In this document: in pieces, positions 26,496 through 35,435 of the stretch
Layout of the letters: every line of letters begins with the position of its first letter
Position numbering within the stretch: the first letter of the stretch is position 1
DNA from: a virus
Taxonomy: Duplodnaviria > Caudoviricetes
Virus record (IMG/VR): IMGVR_UViG_3300031578_000030
Span: 1-59,636 of that record
Direction: 5' to 3' (one strand)
Length of the DNA: 59,636 bases
The notes under the pieces: generated by a model
Databases searched by the model: none
The model's input: only the letters and a program-made list of their open reading frames with translations
What the model was told of the DNA's origin: nothing
Translations under genes and position numbers: made by a program

Positions 26496-26657
26496 GCCCT
26501 CATTGTCTCTATTTAGGCTTACTTGTCAATAGATATTTCTAAATAGACATAAGTTGTTGCGACGAAAGAAGTTAGGCAGTTGACGGCAGGCGCCAACGGT
26601 TGACAACGAGCGACAACGGTTGACAATATATATAGGGGCTTGATTCCAGGTGCGACC
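26496..26657. promoter_or_regulatory. divergent promoter / switch region
   Basis: AT-rich. TTGACA-N16-GACAAT occurs on the - strand (26529-26502) and on the + strand (26600-26627). Direct repeat CAACGGTTGACAA x2; inverted CTATTTAG/CTAAATAG. Confidence 0.55.
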
Positions 26658-26924
26658 ATGGGCCGCCGAGACACAGCCGAAGACCACGATGCAGTGTCAC
26701 TCCGCCGCGTGGCGCGGCGGGTCCGGACCCTCTGCGCTACCGTGGACGAGATCGCTGACACCATGGCCGAAGAAAAAATCGCGAGGGTGACCGTGCGGCA
26801 TCAAGAAGCGGTGAATCGGGCGTTGCGAGACCTCTCTCTCTGGACGCATGCGGCCGAGATGGCCTTGACCCGGGCGCTCCAAGATGCCGGTGCCTTCCGT
26901 GCAGCCAACGATGGGCAGGAGTAG
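26658..26924 (+). CDS. hypothetical protein divergent from the DUF1580 gene
   Basis: 88 aa helical ORF ending right at the first attP arm repeat. Confidence 0.6.
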   Translation: MGRRDTAEDHDAVSLRRVARRVRTLCATVDEIADTMAEEKIARVTVRHQEAVNRALRDLSLWTHAAEMALTRALQDAGAFRAANDGQE

Positions 26925-27217
26925 CGGTACCGATTTTCGCCCGGCGGTACCGATTGGGCCGAAACAGGTGTGGAAAATAAGGACTTGCGCTGAATAACCT
27001 ACCATGACCGCGACCTCTGAAAACGCCGTAACCTCTCGCTCTCAAACGTCTTGGGGCGAACCACTCTGCGATGACCCCAATTTCGACAAGCTAGGGGTCC
27101 CGAGTTCGAGTCTCGGATCGCCCACTTGCAAGTGGCTAAGGGGCAACGACTTAGGGTAAACAGGACAAGCATCATCGGGGCTGTACGGTACCGATTCCAA
27201 AGTGTCCGGTACCGATT
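26925..27217 (+). mobile_element. attP: tRNA-Val(GAC) 3' half core with four arm-type repeats
   Basis: Core 27085-27124 GACAAGCTAGGGGTCCCGAGTTCGAGTCTCGGATCGCCCA runs from the anticodon to the discriminator with no 5' half. CGGTACCGATT direct repeats at 26925, 26945, 27186 and 27207. Confidence 0.8.
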
Positions 27218-27347
27218 CCGCTGTTTGACAATCTAAGATTTGCCACCCGAGGCCACGGCAATGGGCCTCGATTCCCTCGCGGGTCTCGGCCGCGAGGGCG
27301 GGATCGTCAGGGACATCGACGGCGATGCAGAAGAGTATAGTTGTCAC
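27042..27347 (-). CDS. hypothetical protein overlapping the attP core
   Basis: GAGGAGG RBS; C-terminal part runs across attP. Confidence 0.45.
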   Translation of the reverse strand: MTTILFCIAVDVPDDPALAAETREGIEAHCRGLGWQILDCQTAESVPDTLESVPYSPDDACPVYPKSLPLSHLQVGDPRLELGTPSLSKLGSSQSGSPQDV

Positions 27348-27461
27348 GGCTTGAACCTCCTCAACAGGTTCGGGCCAGCGCCCCGGGGCGTCCGGGCTCC
27401 GGGGCGTGCTTCGTCTCCTCCTCCCGCATCACTGCGGGTGCCGCCGACGTGGCGTTTCGAG

Positions 27462-27653
27462 TTAGTTGTTGTGGAAGTCTTGCCGGAGATCGGCAGGGAC
27501 CATAACCGTAACGACTTGCATCCGAACGCAGACGTAGTGACGATCTCCGTCCTGCTCGGCCCACGCAGATCGGCCGCGATGCCGCAGCTTGAGGACGTAA
27601 CGGTCAGCCTCGTTCGCTGAACAGGTGGCCAGTCGCTTCACTTTGGTTCTCAT
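27462..27653 (-). CDS. hypothetical protein
   Basis: 63 aa, GGGAG RBS. Confidence 0.5.
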   Translation of the reverse strand: MRTKVKRLATCSANEADRYVLKLRHRGRSAWAEQDGDRHYVCVRMQVVTVMVPADLRQDFHNN

Positions 27654-27717
27654 CTCTCGTACTCCCTTGCTTTGCCCCCTGCCGCCGACAGCCCGGTGGC
27701 CCGGCTCACTTCCCGCC

Positions 27718-28074
27718 TCAGCCGGCGGGGTGGGCTAATCCAACCCCATCTTTTTGCCCCATGCAGTGTCGGTTGTGATTTTCCCCGCGGATCTTCAAAC
27801 CACACTTCGGGCACCTTGGCCTTACAGGTGGCGGTTGGCTTCGCTGCTGATCTCTGTACTTCTTTGCCCTCTTCTGTAGATCCTGTCTTTGCCCTTCTGT
27901 GTGAAACTTCTTGTAAGCCTCACACTTACCATCATGAAACGCTGGGCATCCAGTTGTGCACGGGTCGAGGTGTGTTGCTGTCATTAAAGCGTGAAACATT
28001 GGGCGCAGTTGCTCCGTTTCGCATTGGATGCAACTCATGTCTTGCAATCCCTCGAATGTGCCTTTGAGCATCAC
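27718..28074 (-). CDS. Cys-rich hypothetical protein
   Basis: CIQC and CPKC motifs. Confidence 0.55.
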   Translation of the reverse strand: MMLKGTFEGLQDMSCIQCETEQLRPMFHALMTATHLDPCTTGCPAFHDGKCEAYKKFHTEGQRQDLQKRAKKYRDQQRSQPPPVRPRCPKCGLKIRGENHNRHCMGQKDGVGLAHPAG

Positions 28075-28145
28075 TTGCTCTCTTTGTGTTTCTGGTTTCC
28101 CGCTTCAGCCCGGCGGAGTGGGTGCCGCCGGAGCGGCTGGGTCAG

Positions 28146-28349
28146 TCATTCTTCCAACGTCCCCACAGCGATCGCCTCTTCGAGGCTCGCCAGTTCCTTT
28201 GCTGCCTCTTCCGCGTCTGTACTCATCTGGCGAATATAATGGATCAGATCCTCTACGCGATCGGCGTTCCATGCTTCAAACGCCCGTATCGAGTTTTCCC
28301 GAATACGCTTGCCCCGTTCGGCCATTCGTCGAAACACCAAGATGTCCAT
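28146..28349 (-). CDS. hypothetical protein
   Basis: Start MDILVF after GAGGGAG. Confidence 0.55.
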   Translation of the reverse strand: MDILVFRRMAERGKRIRENSIRAFEAWNADRVEDLIHYIRQMSTDAEEAAKELASLEEAIAVGTLEE

Positions 28350-28399
28350 CGTTCTCTCCCTCTGCCCCACTTCGCCACCAGCCCGCCCGGTGGCCCGGC

Positions 28400-28585
28400 T
28401 CACTTGTCCTTTGTCCGTGCGAACAGTTCCTCGATAAAGTCAGCCCACGTCAGGCCGGCCTTGCATCGAGCCGCGTCCATCGCGGCGTAGACCGCCGGCT
28501 TGAACTTCGCGGTCACGACCTCGCTCTTTTTCGACGCGGGCGGGTAGGCTGGCCGGCCGCGACCGCGTTTGGCTTTCTTCGCCAT
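28400..28585 (-). CDS. ribbon-helix-helix/CopG-like small DNA-binding protein
   Basis: KRGRGRP then a beta strand and two helices (AGLTWADFIEEL); AAGGAGG RBS. Confidence 0.6.
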   Translation of the reverse strand: MAKKAKRGRGRPAYPPASKKSEVVTAKFKPAVYAAMDAARCKAGLTWADFIEELFARTKDK

Positions 28586-28623
28586 ATCATCCTCCTTATT
28601 CAGTGCCAACCAACGCCATAGCC

Positions 28624-29064
28624 TCAGGGCGTGCCCCCAAGCCAAATCACGGCCTCGTCCTGCGAACAGTTCCGTTCTCGGCGAACACGGATCACGTCGG
28701 CTACGGCCGGCACGTGCGAGGGCGCCCGTTCAACCGTGATGCCCCACCCATCCTGGTTGCCCCAGAGCGTCAATAGAAACCGCGAGCCATCGGAAAAATA
28801 CACGTCGTAGGTTTCCTCGCTGCCGAGACTAAACATCGGGTCTGCCCGATGGGCTTCGGTACGATGGGCAGACAGCACGCCGGCCGCAAAATGTTCGATC
28901 ACCTCCTCGGGGACGTGCGCTCCCGTGAATCGCTCGCCGATTGTCCTGAGCATCGAGTCAGCGAGCCTCTGAAATTCAGCAAGATCGTTCTCTTTCCTGC
29001 CCGCCGCCTCGCCTTGCTCTGCTGGGGTCAACATGATTCGTTCTCCTGTTTTCGGTTCCCTCAT
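28624..29064 (-). CDS. hypothetical protein
   Basis: 146 aa ORF. Confidence 0.55.
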   Translation of the reverse strand: MREPKTGERIMLTPAEQGEAAGRKENDLAEFQRLADSMLRTIGERFTGAHVPEEVIEHFAAGVLSAHRTEAHRADPMFSLGSEETYDVYFSDGSRFLLTLWGNQDGWGITVERAPSHVPAVADVIRVRRERNCSQDEAVIWLGGTP

Positions 29065-29112
29065 CAGGCCGCCGGCACCACCCGGCGGCGACGCCCCGAA
29101 GGGCGTTTCGGG

Positions 29113-29661
29113 TTAACCGTCTGCTACCGGTGCCATCGCCGCCTCAACCATCCGGGCTGCCCGCAACTGGCCGGATACTCCCCCGTTGGCAAACAGCCAT
29201 ACGGCGTAGTCTGCCCTGGTTTTCCCCTGCTCTGCATGATACGGGGTCGGGTGCGGCGTGTTTTGTAACCGGTGAGCATCGGCTAGAGCAGCTTTCGCCG
29301 CCGCAATTCGGGCTAGGGCCCTTTCTGTTTTCGCTTTCTTTTGGTCAGCCTTGCACGCCTCGACAAGCCCCGAGTCGTTCACCTTCCGGATGCAGTCGCA
29401 ACCAACATGGAATCGACGGCCCTCCGCGGACTCGACCATAAACATATTGACGATGTAATGTCCGCAGTAGGCACAGGTCCCGCCCGGTTGGGTCGTGACC
29501 TGGCAACCACCCACGCTGCCGATGACACGTTCGCCATGGCTGATTTCCTGGGCTTCGATCCCTACATACCGAAACGGGGCCTTACCCAGGCCGGCCCGTT
29601 CAAACGGGTGCATTGCAGTCGTCATCGTCTTGCTCCTCGTAGTTTCAGTTTGCTCTTTCAT
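29113..29661 (-). CDS. hypothetical Zn-binding protein
   Basis: HPFERAGLGKAPF, CAYCG, FHVGCDCI. Confidence 0.7.
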   Translation of the reverse strand: MKEQTETTRSKTMTTAMHPFERAGLGKAPFRYVGIEAQEISHGERVIGSVGGCQVTTQPGGTCAYCGHYIVNMFMVESAEGRRFHVGCDCIRKVNDSGLVEACKADQKKAKTERALARIAAAKAALADAHRLQNTPHPTPYHAEQGKTRADYAVWLFANGGVSGQLRAARMVEAAMAPVADG

Positions 29662-29678
29662 CTCTCACCTCTGCCCTC

Positions 29679-29706
29679 ATTATACGGTTGCCAACCGGCC
29701 TTGCAA
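29679..29706 (-). promoter_or_regulatory. sigma-70 promoter for the leftward small-gene cluster
   Basis: TTGCAA-N16-TATAAT; the spacer contains the dyad CGGTTG-N-CAACCG. Confidence 0.65.
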
Positions 29707-29835
29707 TAGGCTAACCCGATAATTCCCCGATTTTCCCCAAAGTTTTTCGCCCCGTCGCCCTAATCCCTTACTGGCTTTGGAGTTACGTCACGAAAAAACT
29801 TTCCCGAAAATCCGAGATTGTCGGGCTGAAACCTC

Positions 29836-30930
29836 GTGGAAGGAGGCCAGACTGTGCGAATCCCCAAGTACCGCCGCCGCAGCTCGGTCGGCGCGGCGGC
29901 CTTCATTGAATACCAGGGCCGCCGGATCAGCCTGCCCGGCCGGGCCGATTCCCCCGAGAGCCTGCGGGCCTACCATGAGTTTTGCCAAGACCTGCTGACC
30001 AAAAAGCCTGCCGACATCCCGCCACCCGGCCGGGTGACTATCGCGGACCTGGCCCTCGCGTACCTGGATCATGCGAGCCGGTACTACCTGCGGGACGGCC
30101 GACCGAGCGATGAATACCATTGCCTCCGGTCGGCCCTCCGGCCAGCGATCCAGCTATACGGCGACCTGCCGGCCGAGCGGTACGGCCCGGCTGAGCTCCG
30201 GGCCACCAGGGACGCGGGGGTCGCATCGGGCTGGTCTCGCGGGTACGCCAACCATCAGGCCCAACGCCTCCGCCGCGTCTGGCGGTGGGGCGTGGCCCAC
30301 GAGCTGGTCCCGCCAGCGTGCCTCCAGGCCCTTGAGGCCGTCGCCCCGTTGCGTCGGGGACGAACAGGGGCTAGGGAACCGGTGCCGGTTGCTCCCGTGC
30401 CAGAATTACACGTGGGGGCCGCGGTAGCCTGTCTGGCCCCTGCCCTGGCCGCGATGGTCCAGATCCAAGCCCTCACCGGTATGCGGTCAGACAACCTCTG
30501 CCGCCTCCGGCTCTGCGACGTCGACCGCTCGGGCCCGGTCTGGCTGTATCGGCCGGCCAGCCACAAGGGGGCCTGGCGGGGGCGAGGTCTGGCCATCCCG
30601 CTCGGACCCCGCGCACAAGAGATACTGTCACCCTGGCTCGACCGCCCGGCCGACGTGTTCTGCTTTTCCCCCCGCGAGGGGGCAGGCAAGGGCCGGGGGC
30701 GGTATGACAGCCGCACCTACCGGCGGGCAGTGGTCCGGGCGTGCCGGCGCGCAGGTATCCCGCCGTGGACGCCGCACAGACTGCGGCATACGGTGGCCAC
30801 GACCGTCCGGGCCAGGTACGGGCTCGAGGCCGCTCAAGTCTACCTGGGGCATGCCCGCGCCGACGTGACGCAGGTGTATGCCGAGCGTGACTTGGCGGCG
30901 GCTTTGCGGATCGCGGCCGAGATGGGATGA
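29836..30930 (+). CDS. int: tyrosine recombinase / phage integrase
   Basis: N-terminal arm-binding segment, TGMR, HK, PHRLRH, LGH...TQVY. Confidence 0.93.
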   Translation: MEGGQTVRIPKYRRRSSVGAAAFIEYQGRRISLPGRADSPESLRAYHEFCQDLLTKKPADIPPPGRVTIADLALAYLDHASRYYLRDGRPSDEYHCLRSALRPAIQLYGDLPAERYGPAELRATRDAGVASGWSRGYANHQAQRLRRVWRWGVAHELVPPACLQALEAVAPLRRGRTGAREPVPVAPVPELHVGAAVACLAPALAAMVQIQALTGMRSDNLCRLRLCDVDRSGPVWLYRPASHKGAWRGRGLAIPLGPRAQEILSPWLDRPADVFCFSPREGAGKGRGRYDSRTYRRAVVRACRRAGIPPWTPHRLRHTVATTVRARYGLEAAQVYLGHARADVTQVYAERDLAAALRIAAEMG

Positions 30931-31153
30931 CGCAAAATTACAGCCGTTTGGGTGGGGTGGAGATGATTGAAGGCAATCTGGCGGGCGAGGGCTTCCGTGA
31001 CGGTTAGACGCGTGGCCCGGAGGGTGATACGCAATCCGTCCAGGATGCCCACGGCGTAACGGCGTGGGCTCATTAAGCTGTCCCTTTTCGAGCTGTCCCT
31101 TTCCCCGCAGAATCGAATAGACCATAGGGCGGTACTGAGGTCAAGCAAACTGG

Positions 31154-31182
31154 TTGACTTTTCTCACCCCCTCAATTAGACT
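31154..31182 (+). promoter_or_regulatory. sigma-70 promoter of the moron block
   Basis: TTGACT-N17-TAGACT upstream of the prepilin-like gene. Confidence 0.55.
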
Positions 31183-31295
31183 AATTGGCAGAATTGAGTT
31201 ACTCCGCAATCCGAGGTACACGATGCGCCACTCTTGGGAATACTATCGTGTCCGTCTTCGACCGATCGCTGTCAATCTGAAAGGAGGGCTGTCCG

Positions 31296-32282
31296 ATGCA
31301 CCGCCGCCATGCGTTTACCCTAGCCGAATTGCTCGTCACCATGACGATCATTGGCATGCTGGCCGCCGCGACCTTGGGAGGTCTGATGGCCAGCCGTCGC
31401 CAAGCGAGGATTCAGCAGACTCGCGCGACGATCGTCAAACTTGACCGGATCATCTCTCAGAAGTGGGACGCCTACCGCACTCGCCAACTGCCAATCAGCA
31501 TGGGTACGTTGCGGCACTCCTGCGAGGAAGAGGTCGAACTGCCTCCGCCGCCCTGGTGGTCCGATCCAAGCAAGCCCTACACGGTAAAGCGCATAAACGC
31601 CAGCGAAGTTCGGCGGTTTCTGACCAATACGCGGCGCGACCTGATCCGTATGGAACTGCCCGACCGTTGGTCAGACGTGACTAATCCACCGTTGGTCTTG
31701 GAGAAGACGCCGGCAGTCACACTCCGTTTCCGCCGTCTCCGAGATCAGGCGATCGCCCGTGGCGTACCGGAGGCCACGGTCAACGGGTACGCTTCGCCGG
31801 AACTACTCTACATGATCGTCTCGCAAACCTCCGAAGACTTGGCATTATTCCACGATCGGGAGTTTGGCGATGTGGACGGCGACGGGCTTAGAGAGTTCCA
31901 TGACTCGTGGGGCCGGCCGATCGCTTTCGTCCGTTGGCCCGCCGGGTTCATGGCTACGTACGATGCTGTTGATAGCGTGATCGACCCAAGCCTCCAGGAC
32001 CCATACGATCCCGACAACCTCACTGGTTGCTACGCCCTACATCCGCTTGTCTACAGCCCGGGGCCCGACGGACAGTATGACATCAATCGCGGGACGCAGC
32101 CGAGTGGGACTTACGCCTACCGGCTCGACGGGCGAGGGAATATCGATACCTGCACGCCGGATGAAAACGAGGGTGGCTACCTGATCGGGCAACCGCTTGA
32201 CGCCACGATGCCCGACGGCTCACCAGCAGATGAACACTTGGGGCATCACGACAACATCCACAATCACGGGCTACGTCCGTAA
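31296..32282 (+). CDS. prepilin-type N-terminal cleavage/methylation domain protein (type II secretion pseudopilin-like)
   Basis: RRHA-FTLAELLVTMTIIGML signal; DVDGDG..EFHDSWGRPI; LVYSPGPDG; DNIHNH. Confidence 0.85.
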   Translation: MHRRHAFTLAELLVTMTIIGMLAAATLGGLMASRRQARIQQTRATIVKLDRIISQKWDAYRTRQLPISMGTLRHSCEEEVELPPPPWWSDPSKPYTVKRINASEVRRFLTNTRRDLIRMELPDRWSDVTNPPLVLEKTPAVTLRFRRLRDQAIARGVPEATVNGYASPELLYMIVSQTSEDLALFHDREFGDVDGDGLREFHDSWGRPIAFVRWPAGFMATYDAVDSVIDPSLQDPYDPDNLTGCYALHPLVYSPGPDGQYDINRGTQPSGTYAYRLDGRGNIDTCTPDENEGGYLIGQPLDATMPDGSPADEHLGHHDNIHNHGLRP

Positions 32283-32295
32283 GGAGATTCACGCA

Positions 32296-32511
32296 ATGAG
32301 CGATACGCCAGGCGTCTCCAGGACCATGGGTGTAAAGATCGACTTTGACTGTCCTATCTGCGGTGAGAAAATCAAAGGCTGGCTAGTACAAACTTCTGAC
32401 TCCGTGGCTATACCCGAAGGGCTGGTACGGGTGCAGATGGGGGTCGATGCTCATGGGATGATCAACCTGGATTGCCCTCGTTGCAACGGAATCATCGTCA
32501 TTGAGCCATAG
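32296..32511 (+). CDS. small Zn-ribbon protein
   Basis: CPIC...CPRC; AAGGAG RBS. Confidence 0.6.
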   Translation: MSDTPGVSRTMGVKIDFDCPICGEKIKGWLVQTSDSVAIPEGLVRVQMGVDAHGMINLDCPRCNGIIVIEP

Positions 32512-32522
32512 GAAGAGGACTG

Positions 32523-32813
32523 ATGGGAACCGCCTACAGTTCGATGTTCTGTCCACGGTGCCGGGTGTGCCGCCAGGCAGTTCGGCAGACGCCCAGCCAC
32601 GGGCTGCACTTACTGATCACTGTCTTGACTTTCGGCTTCTGGCTCTGGGTGTGGCTGGCAGTCATTTTGCTCCCCAAGCCCTGGCGGTGTTCGCACTGCG
32701 GCAGTATGACCCGGGTCGCCCGGTCCGTCCGGTTCGCCGGCTGGATCGTCTTCCTCGTCGCCGCAATCCTCATCGGCTGCTTGTTGCTGGCCATGGTCCA
32801 CTTCGGCAGTTGA
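32523..32813 (+). CDS. LITAF-like Zn-ribbon membrane protein
   Basis: CPRC - H.LHLLITVLTFGFW - WRCSHCG plus a C-terminal TM helix. Confidence 0.65.
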   Translation: MGTAYSSMFCPRCRVCRQAVRQTPSHGLHLLITVLTFGFWLWVWLAVILLPKPWRCSHCGSMTRVARSVRFAGWIVFLVAAILIGCLLLAMVHFGS

Positions 32814-32823
32814 CGGAGCGATC

Positions 32824-33171
32824 TTGGCCACAAGCACTACTGTCTTAGCCAATAGAGATATAATACGAAAGGATCGTACAGTGCAAAAGCTGTGGGTTTG
32901 TCGAGAGCCTGTTTCAACTTACATCCCCAAGGATGAATGCAATTACATGCTATTTTTCGATAGCAAGCCTGGGCGGTCCAAGATAACCGGCGTGTGGTTT
33001 GAAACTGAAGACACACTAACCCTATGTCCAGATGTGTTCCATCGGATTTTTCAACTACGCCTGATGCCTGGCGACGGACCAATTGAAATCCGAACCCCGA
33101 TCACGGTAAGTATAGTTGAAGATTCTACAGGAAAGCCTACCGATAATTCGGTACTGTTAGCCTCGTCATGA
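32824..33171 (+). CDS. hypothetical protein (lower GC)
   Basis: 115 aa ORF closing the + strand block. Confidence 0.5.
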   Translation: MATSTTVLANRDIIRKDRTVQKLWVCREPVSTYIPKDECNYMLFFDSKPGRSKITGVWFETEDTLTLCPDVFHRIFQLRLMPGDGPIEIRTPITVSIVEDSTGKPTDNSVLLASS

Positions 33172-33859
33172 GCCCCGCTGTCTCAGCGTCCAGTTGCGGG
33201 TGGATCATACCGCCGGGCTGCCGGACCACAACCCGCCCGGCCCTCTCGTACCAGTCCGACTTGCCCATAAAATGCTGAGCGTGGTATGAGTGCGTGCTGC
33301 CCCAGCGAAAGACGTAGCTTGGGGCCATCACCCTGCACGGATCTCCCGGCGGGCCGAACTGCCGGGCCAGGCTGCCGAGTAGCTGCTGATCAAACGTGGC
33401 GTCCCGCGTATCGGGCCAGCCGCCGACTTGCTCCAGCGCCTCACGTCGTACCGCCAGACTGCCGTGAAAGCGCCCCGCAGCCCCCTCTTGATGCAACTTG
33501 CCATAGAGGCTCCAGACTGTCGACGGGTGGCTCCATGGGCCCTCGGCCAGGGCCGCCGCGTGGGCCTCCAGGTGCCAGGGCAGATAGACGTCGTCATCGT
33601 CCCAGACGACGAAGGCGTCGGCGTCCGGTGACATCGTGACCATCGCATTGTACTTCGCCGAGATCGTCGGGTAGCGGTCGGGAGTCGAGAGAACCTGCCA
33701 ACCCGGGCCGGACTGCTCCGGCCATTGGCCGGCATCGTCCAGGACCAGGAGCCGCCGCTGATCCGCCGGGTAGGTCTGGGCCTCGAAGCAGGCGACTGTA
33801 TTCCGTAGCAGCGCCGACGGCCGGCGAAACGTCGGGCAGAGACAGACGATCAAGGACAT
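33137..33859 (-). CDS. glycosyltransferase family 2
   Basis: CLCPTFRRP, QTYP, LVLDD, VVWDDDDVYLPWHL. Confidence 0.85.
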   Translation of the reverse strand: MSLIVCLCPTFRRPSALLRNTVACFEAQTYPADQRRLLVLDDAGQWPEQSGPGWQVLSTPDRYPTISAKYNAMVTMSPDADAFVVWDDDDVYLPWHLEAHAAALAEGPWSHPSTVWSLYGKLHQEGAAGRFHGSLAVRREALEQVGGWPDTRDATFDQQLLGSLARQFGPPGDPCRVMAPSYVFRWGSTHSYHAQHFMGKSDWYERAGRVVVRQPGGMIHPQLDAETAGLMTRLTVPNYR

Positions 33860-34821
33860 GCGCTTTCCCTCCATCGTTTGAAGCCCGGCCAGGTAGCGTG
33901 TCCGACCGGATCGGCAAGCAGGTAATCCCACTGTTCCGGTGTCATCAGGAAATTTGGCCCTGCCCCCTCGCTCCCGTCTAGCGGTATCTCGATCACGCCC
34001 TCAACGAAGTGGCCGTATAGCCGGTCTAACGACAAACCAAGTTCCTGAAGTTCCAACATGTAATTGCGGACCTTGTGCCACTGCGTTACCGGGTAACGCA
34101 TGCCAGTTGGGCGACTATACCGATGGAGCCAGCGTAAACCCGGCAGGCAGAGACAGCGGCGGCTGAGCTGCCGGAATTTCTCGTGGATGTACCACTCTTC
34201 ACCGCCGAACCCGCAGGCATACGGGTGGAAGCCCGGCCACGCGGCCTTGCGGCACGAGAACAGCCCGAGGCCCATCGCACCGATCTCGAACGGCTCGCCG
34301 TCCGGGTCCTCGCCGCGGGCATCATGGCCCCAGATACCCCACATTTCGGCCCGCCACACATCCTGGAAGTGCGTCGCCACCCCGCCCGACAGCAGGTCAT
34401 CGTAGAGCATCGGACCGGACAACAGGTCGTCACAGCCCGGGTTCGCATCGTAGTAATCCAACAGCCGCCGAATCGCGCCCGGCTGGAGCATCACGTGTGA
34501 GTCGAGACACAGGACGGTATCGCCGACAGCTTCGGTGAAGACACGATCCCGCGGCGGCGACGTGCCAACGGGCTCTTCCATCGGGACATAGCGGGCCCGC
34601 GCGTGGGGGCCGATCCAGCCTTCGATCAGATTCTTGAGCCGCGGTGCGCTGCGGGTCTTGGGGCCGTTGTCCACGACGATCAACTCACAGCGGGGCATCA
34701 CCTCGGCATGGTGGAGCCGGAGCGACTGGAGGGTCATCCACGCACCGGCGAAGTCGTCGTAGCATGCCATCCCGATCGTCAACGCCGGTTTACTGCCCAC
34801 GGTTAACCCCTTGTGTCGCAT
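33850..34821 (-). CDS. glycosyltransferase family 2
   Basis: LTIGMACYDD, ELIVVDN, VLCLDSH, GFGGEE. Confidence 0.85.
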   Translation of the reverse strand: MRHKGLTVGSKPALTIGMACYDDFAGAWMTLQSLRLHHAEVMPRCELIVVDNGPKTRSAPRLKNLIEGWIGPHARARYVPMEEPVGTSPPRDRVFTEAVGDTVLCLDSHVMLQPGAIRRLLDYYDANPGCDDLLSGPMLYDDLLSGGVATHFQDVWRAEMWGIWGHDARGEDPDGEPFEIGAMGLGLFSCRKAAWPGFHPYACGFGGEEWYIHEKFRQLSRRCLCLPGLRWLHRYSRPTGMRYPVTQWHKVRNYMLELQELGLSLDRLYGHFVEGVIEIPLDGSEGAGPNFLMTPEQWDYLLADPVGHATWPGFKRWRESACP

Positions 34822-35435
34822 AGGAGCTTGACCGCGCCGACGATTCCCAGGACCGCCACCTCGCCGGCAGCATCGTTAATCGCCAGCGCGAGTCTCACAT
34901 CGAGCACGTCGCCGGGCGATAGGCCGCTCGCCGTGATGGTAAAATCCTTGTCGGCCAGCGTCAATGAGTTGATCGACTGGGCCGCCGTAGCGCACAGATC
35001 AGCGCCGGCACCCGCCTCTTCGTCTGACAGGTAAACTTCCAGGTCGGCCGTCGCGGTCGTGTCAGCCACGGTGGTCAACATGCCGGCATGGAGCCGGATC
35101 ACGACTGTCTGGCCGGCCACGTATTCAGGCGGCAGAATGAAACGATCCGCGTTTCTGGCATACAGGCTCGTCGCCCCGACGGTTTTCACGTCGTAAGTCT
35201 GAATGCTCGGCGAGGCTGAGCCGAACGTCCCGCCGATCAAACCCAGGTCGTCAGTAGCCGAGGTGCCGGGCAAGAGGGTATGAAGTGCATCATGGACTCG
35301 CCATGAAGTCATGGGGATCGTGTAGGACTCCAGATTGTTTTGCTCCAGGTTCGTCCGTGGGATTGGGGGCGATACCTTGCTCCAGTCCACGCCCAGGGTA
35401 TTAGTGAACCGCCAGGGATCGGAAATCACTGTCAT
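34803..35435 (-). CDS. putative virion structural protein
   Basis: 210 aa beta-rich, Thr/Ala-rich; AAGGAG RBS; in the tail module. Confidence 0.65.
   Translation of the reverse strand: MTVISDPWRFTNTLGVDWSKVSPPIPRTNLEQNNLESYTIPMTSWRVHDALHTLLPGTSATDDLGLIGGTFGSASPSIQTYDVKTVGATSLYARNADRFILPPEYVAGQTVVIRLHAGMLTTVADTTATADLEVYLSDEEAGAGADLCATAAQSINSLTLADKDFTITASGLSPGDVLDVRLALAINDAAGEVAVLGIVGAVKLLCDTRG

Noticed and set aside
27050-27124. Complete tRNA-Val gene
   Set aside because: Only anticodon-to-3' sequence is present; no D-arm or 5' acceptor strand lies upstream, so it is interpreted as the attP core.
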